A DNA stretch of 64,000 nucleotides from an uncultured bacterium (lineage in GTDB: Bacteria > Armatimonadota > HRBIN16). A program made the position numbers and the translations under genes. Numbering within the stretch: position 1 is the stretch's first letter; each line of letters starts with the position of its first letter. Below are positions 21,358 to 29,972 of the stretch, piece by piece. The DNA lies in contig CAZYPZ010000002.1 in the NCBI GenBank assembly GCA_964650005.1, positions 5,398 through 69,397 of the forward strand. The letters run 5' to 3'. Below the pieces are notes generated by a model. It worked only from the letters and a program-made list of their open reading frames with translations, did not search any database and was not told the origin of the DNA.

Positions 21358-22449
21358 ATGGAGATGACATCAACCGAACGCCTGACCGCTGCGCTGCTGG
21401 GGCAGCCTGTCGACCATCTGCCGTTCAGTCCGTTTCTGGCGTACGTCTGGGAGTCTTTTCCTCAAGAGGTACAGCAGCCAGGGTTCCGGGCGTTTCACCA
21501 GCGCATCGGTGCAGACCCGCTGTGGCGCGGCGCGCCCTGCCCCGTCCGGATGAGAGTAAATGGCGCGGAAATGCGTACATGGACCGACAGGGAGTTGAAC
21601 CATACGGTTCTGGAGACGCCGGTCGGCACCTTGCACAGCGCCTGGCGCATGACACAGCAGGCGGGACAGACGCCCTTTCTGGTGGAACATCCGCTGAAGA
21701 CCGAAGAAGACTACAAAACCCAGCTGTGGATAGAGGAACACACACGCCTCGAGTATGACCCCAAGCCTGCCGAAGAGTATCTGCAGGCGGATGGCGCCGA
21801 AGGGCTCTGTCTGGGCATGCTGGTGTATCGCGGCAAGACCGCGTTTCAATCGATGGTGGAGCATTACTGCGGCACCGAGGAACTGGCGGTTCATCTTCTG
21901 GATGAGTTTCCCGATACTGTGGAAGCGCTGTGGAGCGCTATGCGCCAAAACAATGAACGCTGTGCGGAGCTGGCGGCCCAAGGACCGTACCGGTTCTGGC
22001 TGACGTTTGAAGACAGCTCCACGCAGAACTACTCCCCGACGATGTACCGCCGGTATATCGCTCCGGAGATCACCGCCTACTGCCGCATATTGGCAGCGCA
22101 TGACAAGTATTACATCCAGCATGCCTGTGGTCACCTGAACGGACTGGTCACGGAAATGCGCGATAACGGCGTGTTGGCCGTCGAGTCGATCTCCGAGCCC
22201 CCGACGGGCGACATCACCATCGCCGAGGCGCGTCGCCAGGTCGGAAACACCATGGGAATTGTCGGTGGTATCGAACCGGTGGCATTTTTGCAGACATCCT
22301 ACAACCGGTTCGGCGAATACGTGGAGCGAATTATCGAAGCCGCCCGGGGAGGCCCCTTCGTGCTGGCGAACAGCGATTCGTGCCCGCCGGGCGTTACGGT
22401 AGAGAAGTTCGCGCTGGCAGCGGAGATCGCGCGCCGTACAGCGTGGTAA
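21358..22449 (+). CDS. Uroporphyrinogen decarboxylase (URO-D) family protein (MtaA/CmuA-like)
   Basis: ATG at 21358 preceded by GGAGGGGA. 363 aa with URO-D family architecture (N-terminal LTAALLGQPVDHLPF, C-terminal GIVGGIEPV...FVLANSDSCPPGV). Confidence 0.6.
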   Translation: MEMTSTERLTAALLGQPVDHLPFSPFLAYVWESFPQEVQQPGFRAFHQRIGADPLWRGAPCPVRMRVNGAEMRTWTDRELNHTVLETPVGTLHSAWRMTQQAGQTPFLVEHPLKTEEDYKTQLWIEEHTRLEYDPKPAEEYLQADGAEGLCLGMLVYRGKTAFQSMVEHYCGTEELAVHLLDEFPDTVEALWSAMRQNNERCAELAAQGPYRFWLTFEDSSTQNYSPTMYRRYIAPEITAYCRILAAHDKYYIQHACGHLNGLVTEMRDNGVLAVESISEPPTGDITIAEARRQVGNTMGIVGGIEPVAFLQTSYNRFGEYVERIIEAARGGPFVLANSDSCPPGVTVEKFALAAEIARRTAW

Positions 22450-22468
22450 CCGGGAGCGAAAACGGCGT

Positions 22469-22492
22469 CCGGAGCCGGTAAACCGGCTCCGG
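22469..22492. terminator. Bidirectional terminator-like hairpin
   Basis: CCGGAGCCGG-TAAA-CCGGCTCCGG: perfect 10-bp stem with tetraloop, between the convergent URO-D-like (+) and DUF5320 (-) genes. Followed by GGGTTTACTCTTT on the + strand. Confidence 0.5.
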
Positions 22493-22503
22493 AGCTGTAG
22501 GGT

Positions 22504-22797
22504 TTACTCTTTGTCGGCCAGTTGCGCTTTCAGGGCGGCCAGCTGCTGTTCCAGCCGATTCAGCTGATCGGCAAGCGTCTCCGGTTCTGCGGATACGGGC
22601 ACACCCGGCGCCCACCCGCCGCGACCGCGGCGAAAGGCCATCCCACGACCTCCGACGCCGCCGCGTCCCCAGGCCATTTCGCGTCCGCCAGGCACCGGAT
22701 TCAGGTATCCGGCTGTCTGGTAACCCGCACAAAACCCCAGTGCGCGGCCTGTCTTGGGGCCCTGGCCCAACGGGCCGGTTCCATCTCCTCTTGGCAT
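22504..22797 (-). CDS. DUF5320-family small protein
   Basis: Start at M35 of the track ORF (MPRGDGTGPLGQGPKTGRALGFCAGY...), preceded on the minus strand by AAGGAGCAAAAG-ATG. The MPRGDGTGP...GYCAG N-terminus and C-terminal coiled coil (LNRLEQQLAALKAQLADKE) are characteristic of DUF5320. Confidence 0.55.
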   Translation of the reverse strand: MPRGDGTGPLGQGPKTGRALGFCAGYQTAGYLNPVPGGREMAWGRGGVGGRGMAFRRGRGGWAPGVPVSAEPETLADQLNRLEQQLAALKAQLADKE

Positions 22798-22912
22798 CTT
22801 TTGCTCCTTTCCACCGCCTGCCAGGCGATGAGTGTGATGTTGGGTATTTTGAATGATGTATATGGCATCTATATGTAAACTACATCTATATCGTGACACG
22901 CGCTGACGATGA

Positions 22913-22951
22913 ATGCAACCCGTATAAACACTGTTTTACGAAGTTGCATTG
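22913..22951. promoter_or_regulatory. Inverted repeat AATGCAAC-N23-GTTGCATT in AT-rich divergent intergenic region (candidate operator)
   Basis: Perfect 8-bp arms at 22913-22920 and 22944-22951 within the only AT-rich stretch (22840-22960) of the window. It lies between the DUF5320 gene (-) and the membrane-protein gene (+). The adjacent repeats CATCTATAT x2 (19-nt spacing) are at 22867-22895. Confidence 0.35.
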
Positions 22952-23000
22952 ACCGGCTTCCTTCAACAGCCCGCTGCCCCCCACACTGGAGGCGCACGCG

Positions 23001-23531
23001 TTGCTGGAGAACCGCCGTGCCACCCGGCTACCGGTATGTTTGATGCTGGCGGCACTTGCCGGATATATCGCAGCGTACGGCACAGCCCTCGTGACAGGTT
23101 ATCTCTTCGGCCACAACTCGGCGCATACAGCGGGTACCCAGCGGTACTTCGGATATGAAGCCTACATGCTGTTCATTAGCCGGATGAATACGATTGGAGG
23201 GGGTCCCTCGCCCGACTCGCTGCTTGCCACCATCGCGGGAGGACTGGTCGCACTGCTGCTGCAGGCGGTGCGCGCACGGATGCCCGGTTTCCCGTTGCAT
23301 CCAGTCGGTTACGCGGTGGCCAGCAGCTATATTGCCACCTATGTGTGGTCGACGGCAGCGATCGTGTGGGCGTTCAAGCTGTTGCTGATGCGATATACCG
23401 GCCTGAAGGGATACTATCTGGCGGCGCCGTTCTTTTTGGGGCTGCTGCTGGGTGACTTTGTGGTCGGCAGCCTGATCAGCCTGATCGGAGTGGTTGCCGG
23501 CATGCAGACCTATGTGTTCTGGCCATACTGA
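23001..23531 (+). CDS. Integral membrane protein (about 5 TM helices), hypothetical
   Basis: TTG start at 23001 with GGAGG 8 nt upstream. Hydrophobic segments VCLMLAALAGYIAAYGTALV, LLATIAGGLVALLLQAV, IATYVWSTAAIVWAFKLLL, LAAPFFLGLLLGDFVVGSLISLIGVVAG. Confidence 0.45.
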   Translation: MLENRRATRLPVCLMLAALAGYIAAYGTALVTGYLFGHNSAHTAGTQRYFGYEAYMLFISRMNTIGGGPSPDSLLATIAGGLVALLLQAVRARMPGFPLHPVGYAVASSYIATYVWSTAAIVWAFKLLLMRYTGLKGYYLAAPFFLGLLLGDFVVGSLISLIGVVAGMQTYVFWPY

Positions 23532-23549
23532 CAACAGAGGAGGATAGAG

Positions 23550-24665
23550 ATGCCAGACAAGTCACCGATACGGATCGGTATCGTGGGAGCCTGCGGACGC
23601 GGCGCCAGCTTCGCAACAGCCTGCAATGCGATCGACGACATCCGGATCCAGGCGGTGTGCGATATCAATGCGGACGCGTTGCAGCAGGCAGCGGAGCAGC
23701 TGGGTGCGCGTGAGTCGTTTGTCGATTTCGATGTGATGCTTGACAAAGCGGACATCGATGCAGTCATCATCGGCACGCCGATGCCGCTGCACGCGCCGCA
23801 GGCAGTTGCGGCGCTGCAGCGGAACAAGCATGTGCTCAGTGAGGTACCCGCAGCCATCAGCGTGGAAGAGTGCCGTCAGCTGGTGAAGGCGGCCCGTTCC
23901 TCGAAGGGGCTCTACATGATGGCCGAAAACTACACCTATATGCGTCAGAACGTACTGGTGCGCGAACTGGTGCGCAGAGGACTCTTCGGCCAGCCCTACT
24001 ACGCCGAGGGCGAATATATCCATGAGTTGAAAGAGCTGAACGAGATCACCCGTTGGCGCCGGCGTTGGCAGACCGGTATTGACGGCAACACGTATTGCAC
24101 ACACAGCTTGGGGCCGATCCTGCAATGGATGCCGGGCGATCGGGTGGTGAGTGTCTGCTGCGCGGGCAGCGGCCACCACCATCGCGATGCACGCGGCGAT
24201 CTGTATGAGCAGCAGGACTCGACCGTCACGCTCTGCAAGATGGCCTCCGGGGGACTGGTCAAACTACGACTGGATATGCTGTCAGATCGTCCCCATGCCA
24301 TGACGAACTATCAGCTGCAGGGCGTTGACGGAGCGTACGAATCGGCCCGCGCTGTTGGCGAACGGGACCGCATCTGGCTGCGGTCGCTGAGTGCCGACCC
24401 GTACTCCTGGATGGAGCTGGAGTCGCTGGCGGACGTCTATCTGCCCGACATGTGGAAACAGGCCAGCGAAACCGCGATCCATGCAGGTCATGGCGGCGGC
24501 GACTATTTCGAAATCGTCGACTTCGTCGATGCGATCCGAGGACTCCGCCCGCTGGACATCGATATCGATACCGCGATGGATATGACCCTGCCGGGACTGA
24601 TCAGCCAGCAGTCCATCGCACAGAACAGCGCTTGGCTAGAGGTGCCTGACTCGCGCAGCTGGTAG
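23550..24665 (+). CDS. Gfo/Idh/MocA family NAD(P)-dependent oxidoreductase
   Basis: N-terminal Rossmann motif IRIGIVGACGRGASF. Conserved EKP-like segment VLSEVPAAISVEECRQL. Length 371 aa, typical of the family. Confidence 0.8.
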   Translation: MPDKSPIRIGIVGACGRGASFATACNAIDDIRIQAVCDINADALQQAAEQLGARESFVDFDVMLDKADIDAVIIGTPMPLHAPQAVAALQRNKHVLSEVPAAISVEECRQLVKAARSSKGLYMMAENYTYMRQNVLVRELVRRGLFGQPYYAEGEYIHELKELNEITRWRRRWQTGIDGNTYCTHSLGPILQWMPGDRVVSVCCAGSGHHHRDARGDLYEQQDSTVTLCKMASGGLVKLRLDMLSDRPHAMTNYQLQGVDGAYESARAVGERDRIWLRSLSADPYSWMELESLADVYLPDMWKQASETAIHAGHGGGDYFEIVDFVDAIRGLRPLDIDIDTAMDMTLPGLISQQSIAQNSAWLEVPDSRSW

Positions 24666-24745
24666 CCGGAAATCCCACTGCAGGTAACGGCTTCCTGTCC
24701 GTTGAATGCTAATCCCCGCAGTCAGCGGACAGGGAGGGATTTGGC

Positions 24746-27700
24746 ATGCGTTGGTTCGTGATCGTGATGGCCCTGGTGACGGCAGCCCATCTTGGCGGGC
24801 AGGCGCAGACCTTGGCGGACCGGCCGGCGGTCCCGTTCTCCCAATTGGCGAACGGCTTCGCCGACCCGCCGCGGCACTACGCCCCGTTCGTCTTCTGGTT
24901 TTGGGACGAGCCATTGAACACGGCCAAGATGCAGCAGATGGCGTCGGAGATGGCCTCCAAGGGACTCAATCCCGGCTACGCGCATCCGCGCACGGCGGCG
25001 CCCGGCGTCCGCAACCAGCATCCGCTGCCACCTGAACAATGGCTGTCCCCTGAATGGTTTACGACGTTCGACGCAGCGCTGAACGCGGCTGTCGCACAGG
25101 GGGCGCAATTAGGGTATTGTGACGAGTACATGTGGCCCAGTTTCAGCGCCGCCGGTCGCGTGTTGAAACAGCACCCGGAGCTGCAGGCCGTATCGCTTCG
25201 GTGGGAGACGTTTGACCTGGCGCCCGGAACGCGGCAGGATCTGCCCGCGTGTGATTTCGCCGTCATGGCGCAGCTGGTCGATCCCATCCCTCCCCGTCCC
25301 GCGGCATCGCCTCAACGCGGGGCATGGATCTGGCAGCCGCAACCGGGTGCGGGTACACATCGGTGCTGGTTTCGCCGGTCGTTCACGCTTCCTGCCGACT
25401 CATCCATCGTACAAGCCCAATTGCGGATCACCTGCGATAACCGTTTCAGGCTGTGGGTGAACAATGATTTCATAGACAGCAGCGACGACTGGCGCGACCC
25501 GAAAACATACGAAGTGACTACGGCCCTGAAACCCGGCAGTAATGTGATCGCAGTGGAAGGAGGTGGAGACGGCGGACTGGACGCCCTGAGCGCTGGTCTG
25601 CGAATCATCCTCACCAGCGGCCAACAGATCTCCATCGCAACCGGCGCCGACTGGAAAGTGAGTTCGATCGAGATGGACGGATGGCAGCGACCGGATTTTG
25701 ACGACTCCCGATGGGCCGCCGCCCGTATCGTCCATCCCGACCCATCGGCCCCGATCTGGAACCTGCGGGACAATCTAAGCCCGCACGTGCCCGCGCGTGT
25801 GCGAGGCTCCACTTTGAGACTGCTGGGCAGCGGTAAGGGGCTGCAGGCGCGCGCTCCGCATGACACGGCCTGCCGCGTCTGGGTGTTTCATCGCATGCAG
25901 CAGGGAACGGTGAACTATCTCGATCGGCGGCTTGGTCCCGCGTTCATCCGGATCGCACACGAACCCTACGCCAGACGATACGGACGCGCACTGGGACAGA
26001 CCATCCCCGGGGTGTTTGTGGACAATGAAGGCGACTACGGGTGGCGGCTGGCGTGGTCGGACGACCTCGCGCGTCATTTCCGCCGGCGTTTCGGACGCGA
26101 CATCCGGCTGACTCTGCCGTTGATGCTGGATACAGACGTCGAAGGCCAGACTCCGGCAGCGCGGTGGCGCTGGTTCGAGGCGGTGTCCGATCTGTACGCG
26201 GACACCATGGGATCGGTCAGCGACTGGCTGGCCAGACGCGGTGCGTACTGTATCGAGAACCTCTGGGAAGAGTCGTTGCAATGGCAGGCAACATTCGTGG
26301 GGGACTATTTCAAGCTGTCACGGGCCTACACGATGCCCGGAAATGACTGCCTGCAGTTGAAAGCGCTGGATGTGCATGACTTCAAAGAGGCATCGTCCGT
26401 GTCCGAGTTCGAGGGACGGCGAATGATGAGCGAAATCATGGGCGCCGGCGGCTGGGGAACGTTCACTCCGGCGATCATCAAGCAGTGCACCAACGCGGTC
26501 ATCGCCTGGGGCGTAGGGCACATCGTACCGCATGGAGTGTTCACGCACCGGGATCTGGAGGGCAATCAATGGACGCCTGACTGGTATACCGCCAATCCAT
26601 TCTGGCCCTGGATGACGCAATGGGCCGACTTCAGCAGACGGGCGAGCTATGTGAACTCCCATGGTCGACTGGCGGCCGATCTCTTGGTGTTGAACCCCAT
26701 GGATTCCGTATGGGCGCTGAGTCCGCCTGCGGTATTCGATCCCACCACTACAGGGGACTTGCCCACAATCGATCGCCTGTATGGCCCTCAGGTGGAACGG
26801 ATCAATCGGGTCTATTCCGACGCGATCCAGCGGCTGACCGCTCATCGGATCGAGTTCCTGGTCACCGATCGTCACTATCTCCGGCAAATGCGCATTCAGG
26901 GCAATGTGCTGACACGCGGTGATTTCACCTTTCGTGCGGTGTTGCTGCCGCCTGTAACACTGCTGCCCAGAGACGTGGCGCGGCTTCTGGCGGATTTTGC
27001 CGAAGCAGGCGGGCATGTCTACACGTTGGGCAACCTGCCCACCGACTCACCGGAAGCCGGCGCACACGATCCCTATCTGCGTCAGCAGATGGATCGGTTG
27101 AGTCGTGCAGATACCTGCCACCGGGCCAACGACGACGGCCTGCAGGCCTGGTTGGATGCAGGCGCCCCGGGTCTGACGCCTCAAGTGCGCTTTATCGACG
27201 GTGCATTCCCCATGCTGGTCAGGCACATCCGGCATGATGGACGCGATCTGTTCTGGCTGGTGAACAATACCGGCGACTGGCGCAGGGCCGAACTACACCT
27301 CCAGCAGGTTCGAGGGGCCGCGTCTATCTGGGACTGTGAGACCGGTCGTCAGACCTCCGTACCCTCCCGAGTCGACGCGTCAGGAAGCCGGTTGAGCGTG
27401 CGTTTCCGTCCATACGAAGCCTACTGGCTTGTGTTCGATCCCTCGCAGCAGCCGAACCACAAGGAAGATCACATGGGCGCCAGTCAGGTAATCCAGCGGG
27501 TCGAAGGGCCTTGGCGTGTGCGTTATGATCCGGCCGATCAACCGGATCTGCAGTTCCCACAACCACCGCCTGCGGAGTTCCTGCAAGGGGTCGCCAAGCC
27601 GTTGGAATCCTGGACGGTCTGGGGATTGGCCCGTTTCAGCGGACGGCTGACGTATGACACCACATTCACGATGGATGCGGCGCCTTCCGGACCGGTCACG

Positions 27701-27943
27701 CTGGATCTGGGCGAAGTACAGGTCAGTGCGGCAGCCAGGCTCAACGGTCAGTGGCTCGGCAGCTGCTTGTGGCCGCCGTACCGGCTGAATGTCACCGGCG
27801 TGCTGAAGCCTGGAGTCAACCGGCTGGAGATTACCGTGGGCAATCTGGTGAACAACAGCTATGGAGACATACGCGCGGGAGGTCTGCTGGGCCCGGTGCG
27901 CCTGCTTTCGGGCGTTGTGGACGCCTATCCGTCCGCTCCTTGA
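24746..27943 (+). CDS. Large secreted glycoside hydrolase-like protein with GH2-type sugar-binding / CBM-like beta-sandwich domains (family unassigned)
   Basis: GGGAGGG RBS 7 nt upstream. Signal peptide MRWFVIVMALVTAAHLGGQAQ. PFVFWFWDEPL motif seen in several bacterial GH families. Galactose-binding-like segments (RSFTLPADSSIVQAQLRITCDNRFRLWVNNDFI..., LNGQWLGSCLWPPYRLNVTGVLKPGVNRLEITVGN). Confidence 0.45.
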   Translation: MRWFVIVMALVTAAHLGGQAQTLADRPAVPFSQLANGFADPPRHYAPFVFWFWDEPLNTAKMQQMASEMASKGLNPGYAHPRTAAPGVRNQHPLPPEQWLSPEWFTTFDAALNAAVAQGAQLGYCDEYMWPSFSAAGRVLKQHPELQAVSLRWETFDLAPGTRQDLPACDFAVMAQLVDPIPPRPAASPQRGAWIWQPQPGAGTHRCWFRRSFTLPADSSIVQAQLRITCDNRFRLWVNNDFIDSSDDWRDPKTYEVTTALKPGSNVIAVEGGGDGGLDALSAGLRIILTSGQQISIATGADWKVSSIEMDGWQRPDFDDSRWAAARIVHPDPSAPIWNLRDNLSPHVPARVRGSTLRLLGSGKGLQARAPHDTACRVWVFHRMQQGTVNYLDRRLGPAFIRIAHEPYARRYGRALGQTIPGVFVDNEGDYGWRLAWSDDLARHFRRRFGRDIRLTLPLMLDTDVEGQTPAARWRWFEAVSDLYADTMGSVSDWLARRGAYCIENLWEESLQWQATFVGDYFKLSRAYTMPGNDCLQLKALDVHDFKEASSVSEFEGRRMMSEIMGAGGWGTFTPAIIKQCTNAVIAWGVGHIVPHGVFTHRDLEGNQWTPDWYTANPFWPWMTQWADFSRRASYVNSHGRLAADLLVLNPMDSVWALSPPAVFDPTTTGDLPTIDRLYGPQVERINRVYSDAIQRLTAHRIEFLVTDRHYLRQMRIQGNVLTRGDFTFRAVLLPPVTLLPRDVARLLADFAEAGGHVYTLGNLPTDSPEAGAHDPYLRQQMDRLSRADTCHRANDDGLQAWLDAGAPGLTPQVRFIDGAFPMLVRHIRHDGRDLFWLVNNTGDWRRAELHLQQVRGAASIWDCETGRQTSVPSRVDASGSRLSVRFRPYEAYWLVFDPSQQPNHKEDHMGASQVIQRVEGPWRVRYDPADQPDLQFPQPPPAEFLQGVAKPLESWTVWGLARFSGRLTYDTTFTMDAAPSGPVTLDLGEVQVSAAARLNGQWLGSCLWPPYRLNVTGVLKPGVNRLEITVGNLVNNSYGDIRAGGLLGPVRLLSGVVDAYPSAP

Positions 27944-28118
27944 ACCGCATCCATGTCCTGATATCTGACATCCTGCAGGTATCGATGCGACGCACCACGA
28001 ATAACATCGTAACGGTCAATACAGAGCGGGGCCATTACGAGGTACACAAAGCGTGGCATGCGGCCTTGCAGGCACTGGCGAACCGGCATCATGACATCGA
28101 AGGAGCACCAGGAGTGCG

Positions 28119-29960
28119 ATGGATAGAGTCGAACGAAGCGCGATGGAACTGTTGCCTTGCGGAGCGATCCAGCCGTTGGGTTGGCTGGAACGCCAACTCC
28201 AAATACAGGCGGATGGGCCTACCGGCCAGTATGGCAGAAAGTGGCCATCGATCAACGATACGTGCGGCTGGTTGGGTGGTCCCGGAGACAGTTGGGAGCG
28301 GGCGCCGTACTACCTGGATGGACTGACGCCACTGGCGCTGCAGCTGCAGAACAGCGATCTGCTTTGGGAGATGCAGCGCCGGATCGACTGGATGTTGGAC
28401 AGCCAGGACGCTTCCGGACGGTTTGGCCCGCCGGATCTGGATGACTGGTGGCCATACGCGCCGGCGCTGAAGGCGATGACCCAATATGCGGAGGGTACCG
28501 ACGACCCGCGGGTAATCCCGTTTATGACCCGGTTCGCGGAGTACCTGGAGCGCGAGTTGCCGGTGAACCGGCCAACCGCTTGGGCGGTGATGCGATGGGC
28601 CGATCTGGCGCTTTCATTGCTCTGGCTGCACCAGCGCACCGGACATGAAGGCGCCGGACGGTGCGCCCGTCTGTTGATGCAGCACGGATTTGATTGGAGC
28701 TGGCACTTTCGCGACTTCCCGTTTGGAGGCCGGCACAACGGTCCGTACGTCATGCAGACGCATGTGGTCAACAACGCCATGGGTATCAAAGCGCCGTTGG
28801 TGCAGCACCTGCTGACCGGCTATTACGAACATGCAGAGGCGGTCACACTGGGTTGGGAGCAGCTGATGCGATACCATGGTGCGGTATCGGGTGTGTTCAC
28901 AGGAGATGAGCACCTGGCCGGCCGTGCGCCCACACAGGGGACCGAGACCTGCGCCGTCGTCGAGTCGCTGTTCTCGCTGCAGATGCTGGCGGCCCATACC
29001 GGCGATCCCGTGCTGGCTGACCACTTGGAGCGTCTGGCCTATAACGCACTGCCTGCGGCCTTCACTCCGGACATGATGGGCCATCAATATGATCAGCAGG
29101 CCAATCAGGTGCTCTGCTCATTGGCGCCTCGCCAATGGACGAATAACGGCCCCGACAGCAATCTGTTTGGTCTGGAGCCGAACTATGGCTGCTGTACGGC
29201 CAATCTCCATTTCGGCTGGCCCAAGTTCGTATCCGGCTTGTGGATGCGTCGCGGTCCCGGCATCGCTGCGGTCTGCTGGGCTCCCTGTCAGGTGCACACC
29301 GTGTTGGATGACCAGTCAGTCACACTGGTCTGTCATACCGAGTATCCCTTCGATGACCGGATCGAAATCGAGATCCGGTGCGGGGCGCCGGCGGACTTTC
29401 CGATATGGTTGCGCATCCCCAAGTGGTGCGATTCTCCTATGCTGCGGGTGAACAGTGAGGCGGTACCGGCAGACCCGGAGGACGGGTACGTCTGTGTAGC
29501 GGGTCTGTGGGAGTCGGGCGATCGGGTGAGTCTGCAGTTGCCCATGCGTCCGCGTGTCGAGCGTCGGGAGCGACAGACAGCCGTCATTTGCATGGGACCG
29601 CTGGTTTTCGCCCATCCCATCGCAGCGCGCTGGTCCATTGTCCGCGGCGAGGACTGGTGCCCTGACTGGCAGGTCGAACCGACAGAGCCTTGGGCGTACG
29701 CGTTGGATATCGATCCGGAGCGCGTCAAGGTGGAGATCGATCGATGTGGCGCTTCCGGAGTTGTGTTCTCACCCGAAGGCGCACCGTTACGGCTGCGCGT
29801 ACAGGCGGTTCCGGTGGACAACTGGCCGATAGAAGACGATCAGGCAGCGCCCGCTCCGCTGGCGCCGACACGTGGCGGGGCAACCCGTTCCATCGAGCTG
29901 ATCCCCTTCGGCGCAGCCAAGTTGAGACTGACTGAAATGCCTGTTTGGCATGGCGAATAA
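28119..29960 (+). CDS. GH127-like (DUF1680; beta-L-arabinofuranosidase-type) glycoside hydrolase
   Basis: GTETCAVVESL and NYGCCTANLHFGWPKF resemble the Glu/Cys (ETC) and Cys-Cys Zn-ligand motifs of GH127 HypBA1-type enzymes. Surrounding region is (alpha/alpha)6-like. No signal peptide. Confidence 0.5.
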   Translation: MDRVERSAMELLPCGAIQPLGWLERQLQIQADGPTGQYGRKWPSINDTCGWLGGPGDSWERAPYYLDGLTPLALQLQNSDLLWEMQRRIDWMLDSQDASGRFGPPDLDDWWPYAPALKAMTQYAEGTDDPRVIPFMTRFAEYLERELPVNRPTAWAVMRWADLALSLLWLHQRTGHEGAGRCARLLMQHGFDWSWHFRDFPFGGRHNGPYVMQTHVVNNAMGIKAPLVQHLLTGYYEHAEAVTLGWEQLMRYHGAVSGVFTGDEHLAGRAPTQGTETCAVVESLFSLQMLAAHTGDPVLADHLERLAYNALPAAFTPDMMGHQYDQQANQVLCSLAPRQWTNNGPDSNLFGLEPNYGCCTANLHFGWPKFVSGLWMRRGPGIAAVCWAPCQVHTVLDDQSVTLVCHTEYPFDDRIEIEIRCGAPADFPIWLRIPKWCDSPMLRVNSEAVPADPEDGYVCVAGLWESGDRVSLQLPMRPRVERRERQTAVICMGPLVFAHPIAARWSIVRGEDWCPDWQVEPTEPWAYALDIDPERVKVEIDRCGASGVVFSPEGAPLRLRVQAVPVDNWPIEDDQAAPAPLAPTRGGATRSIELIPFGAAKLRLTEMPVWHGE

Positions 29961-29972
29961 CAGGAGTATCGA

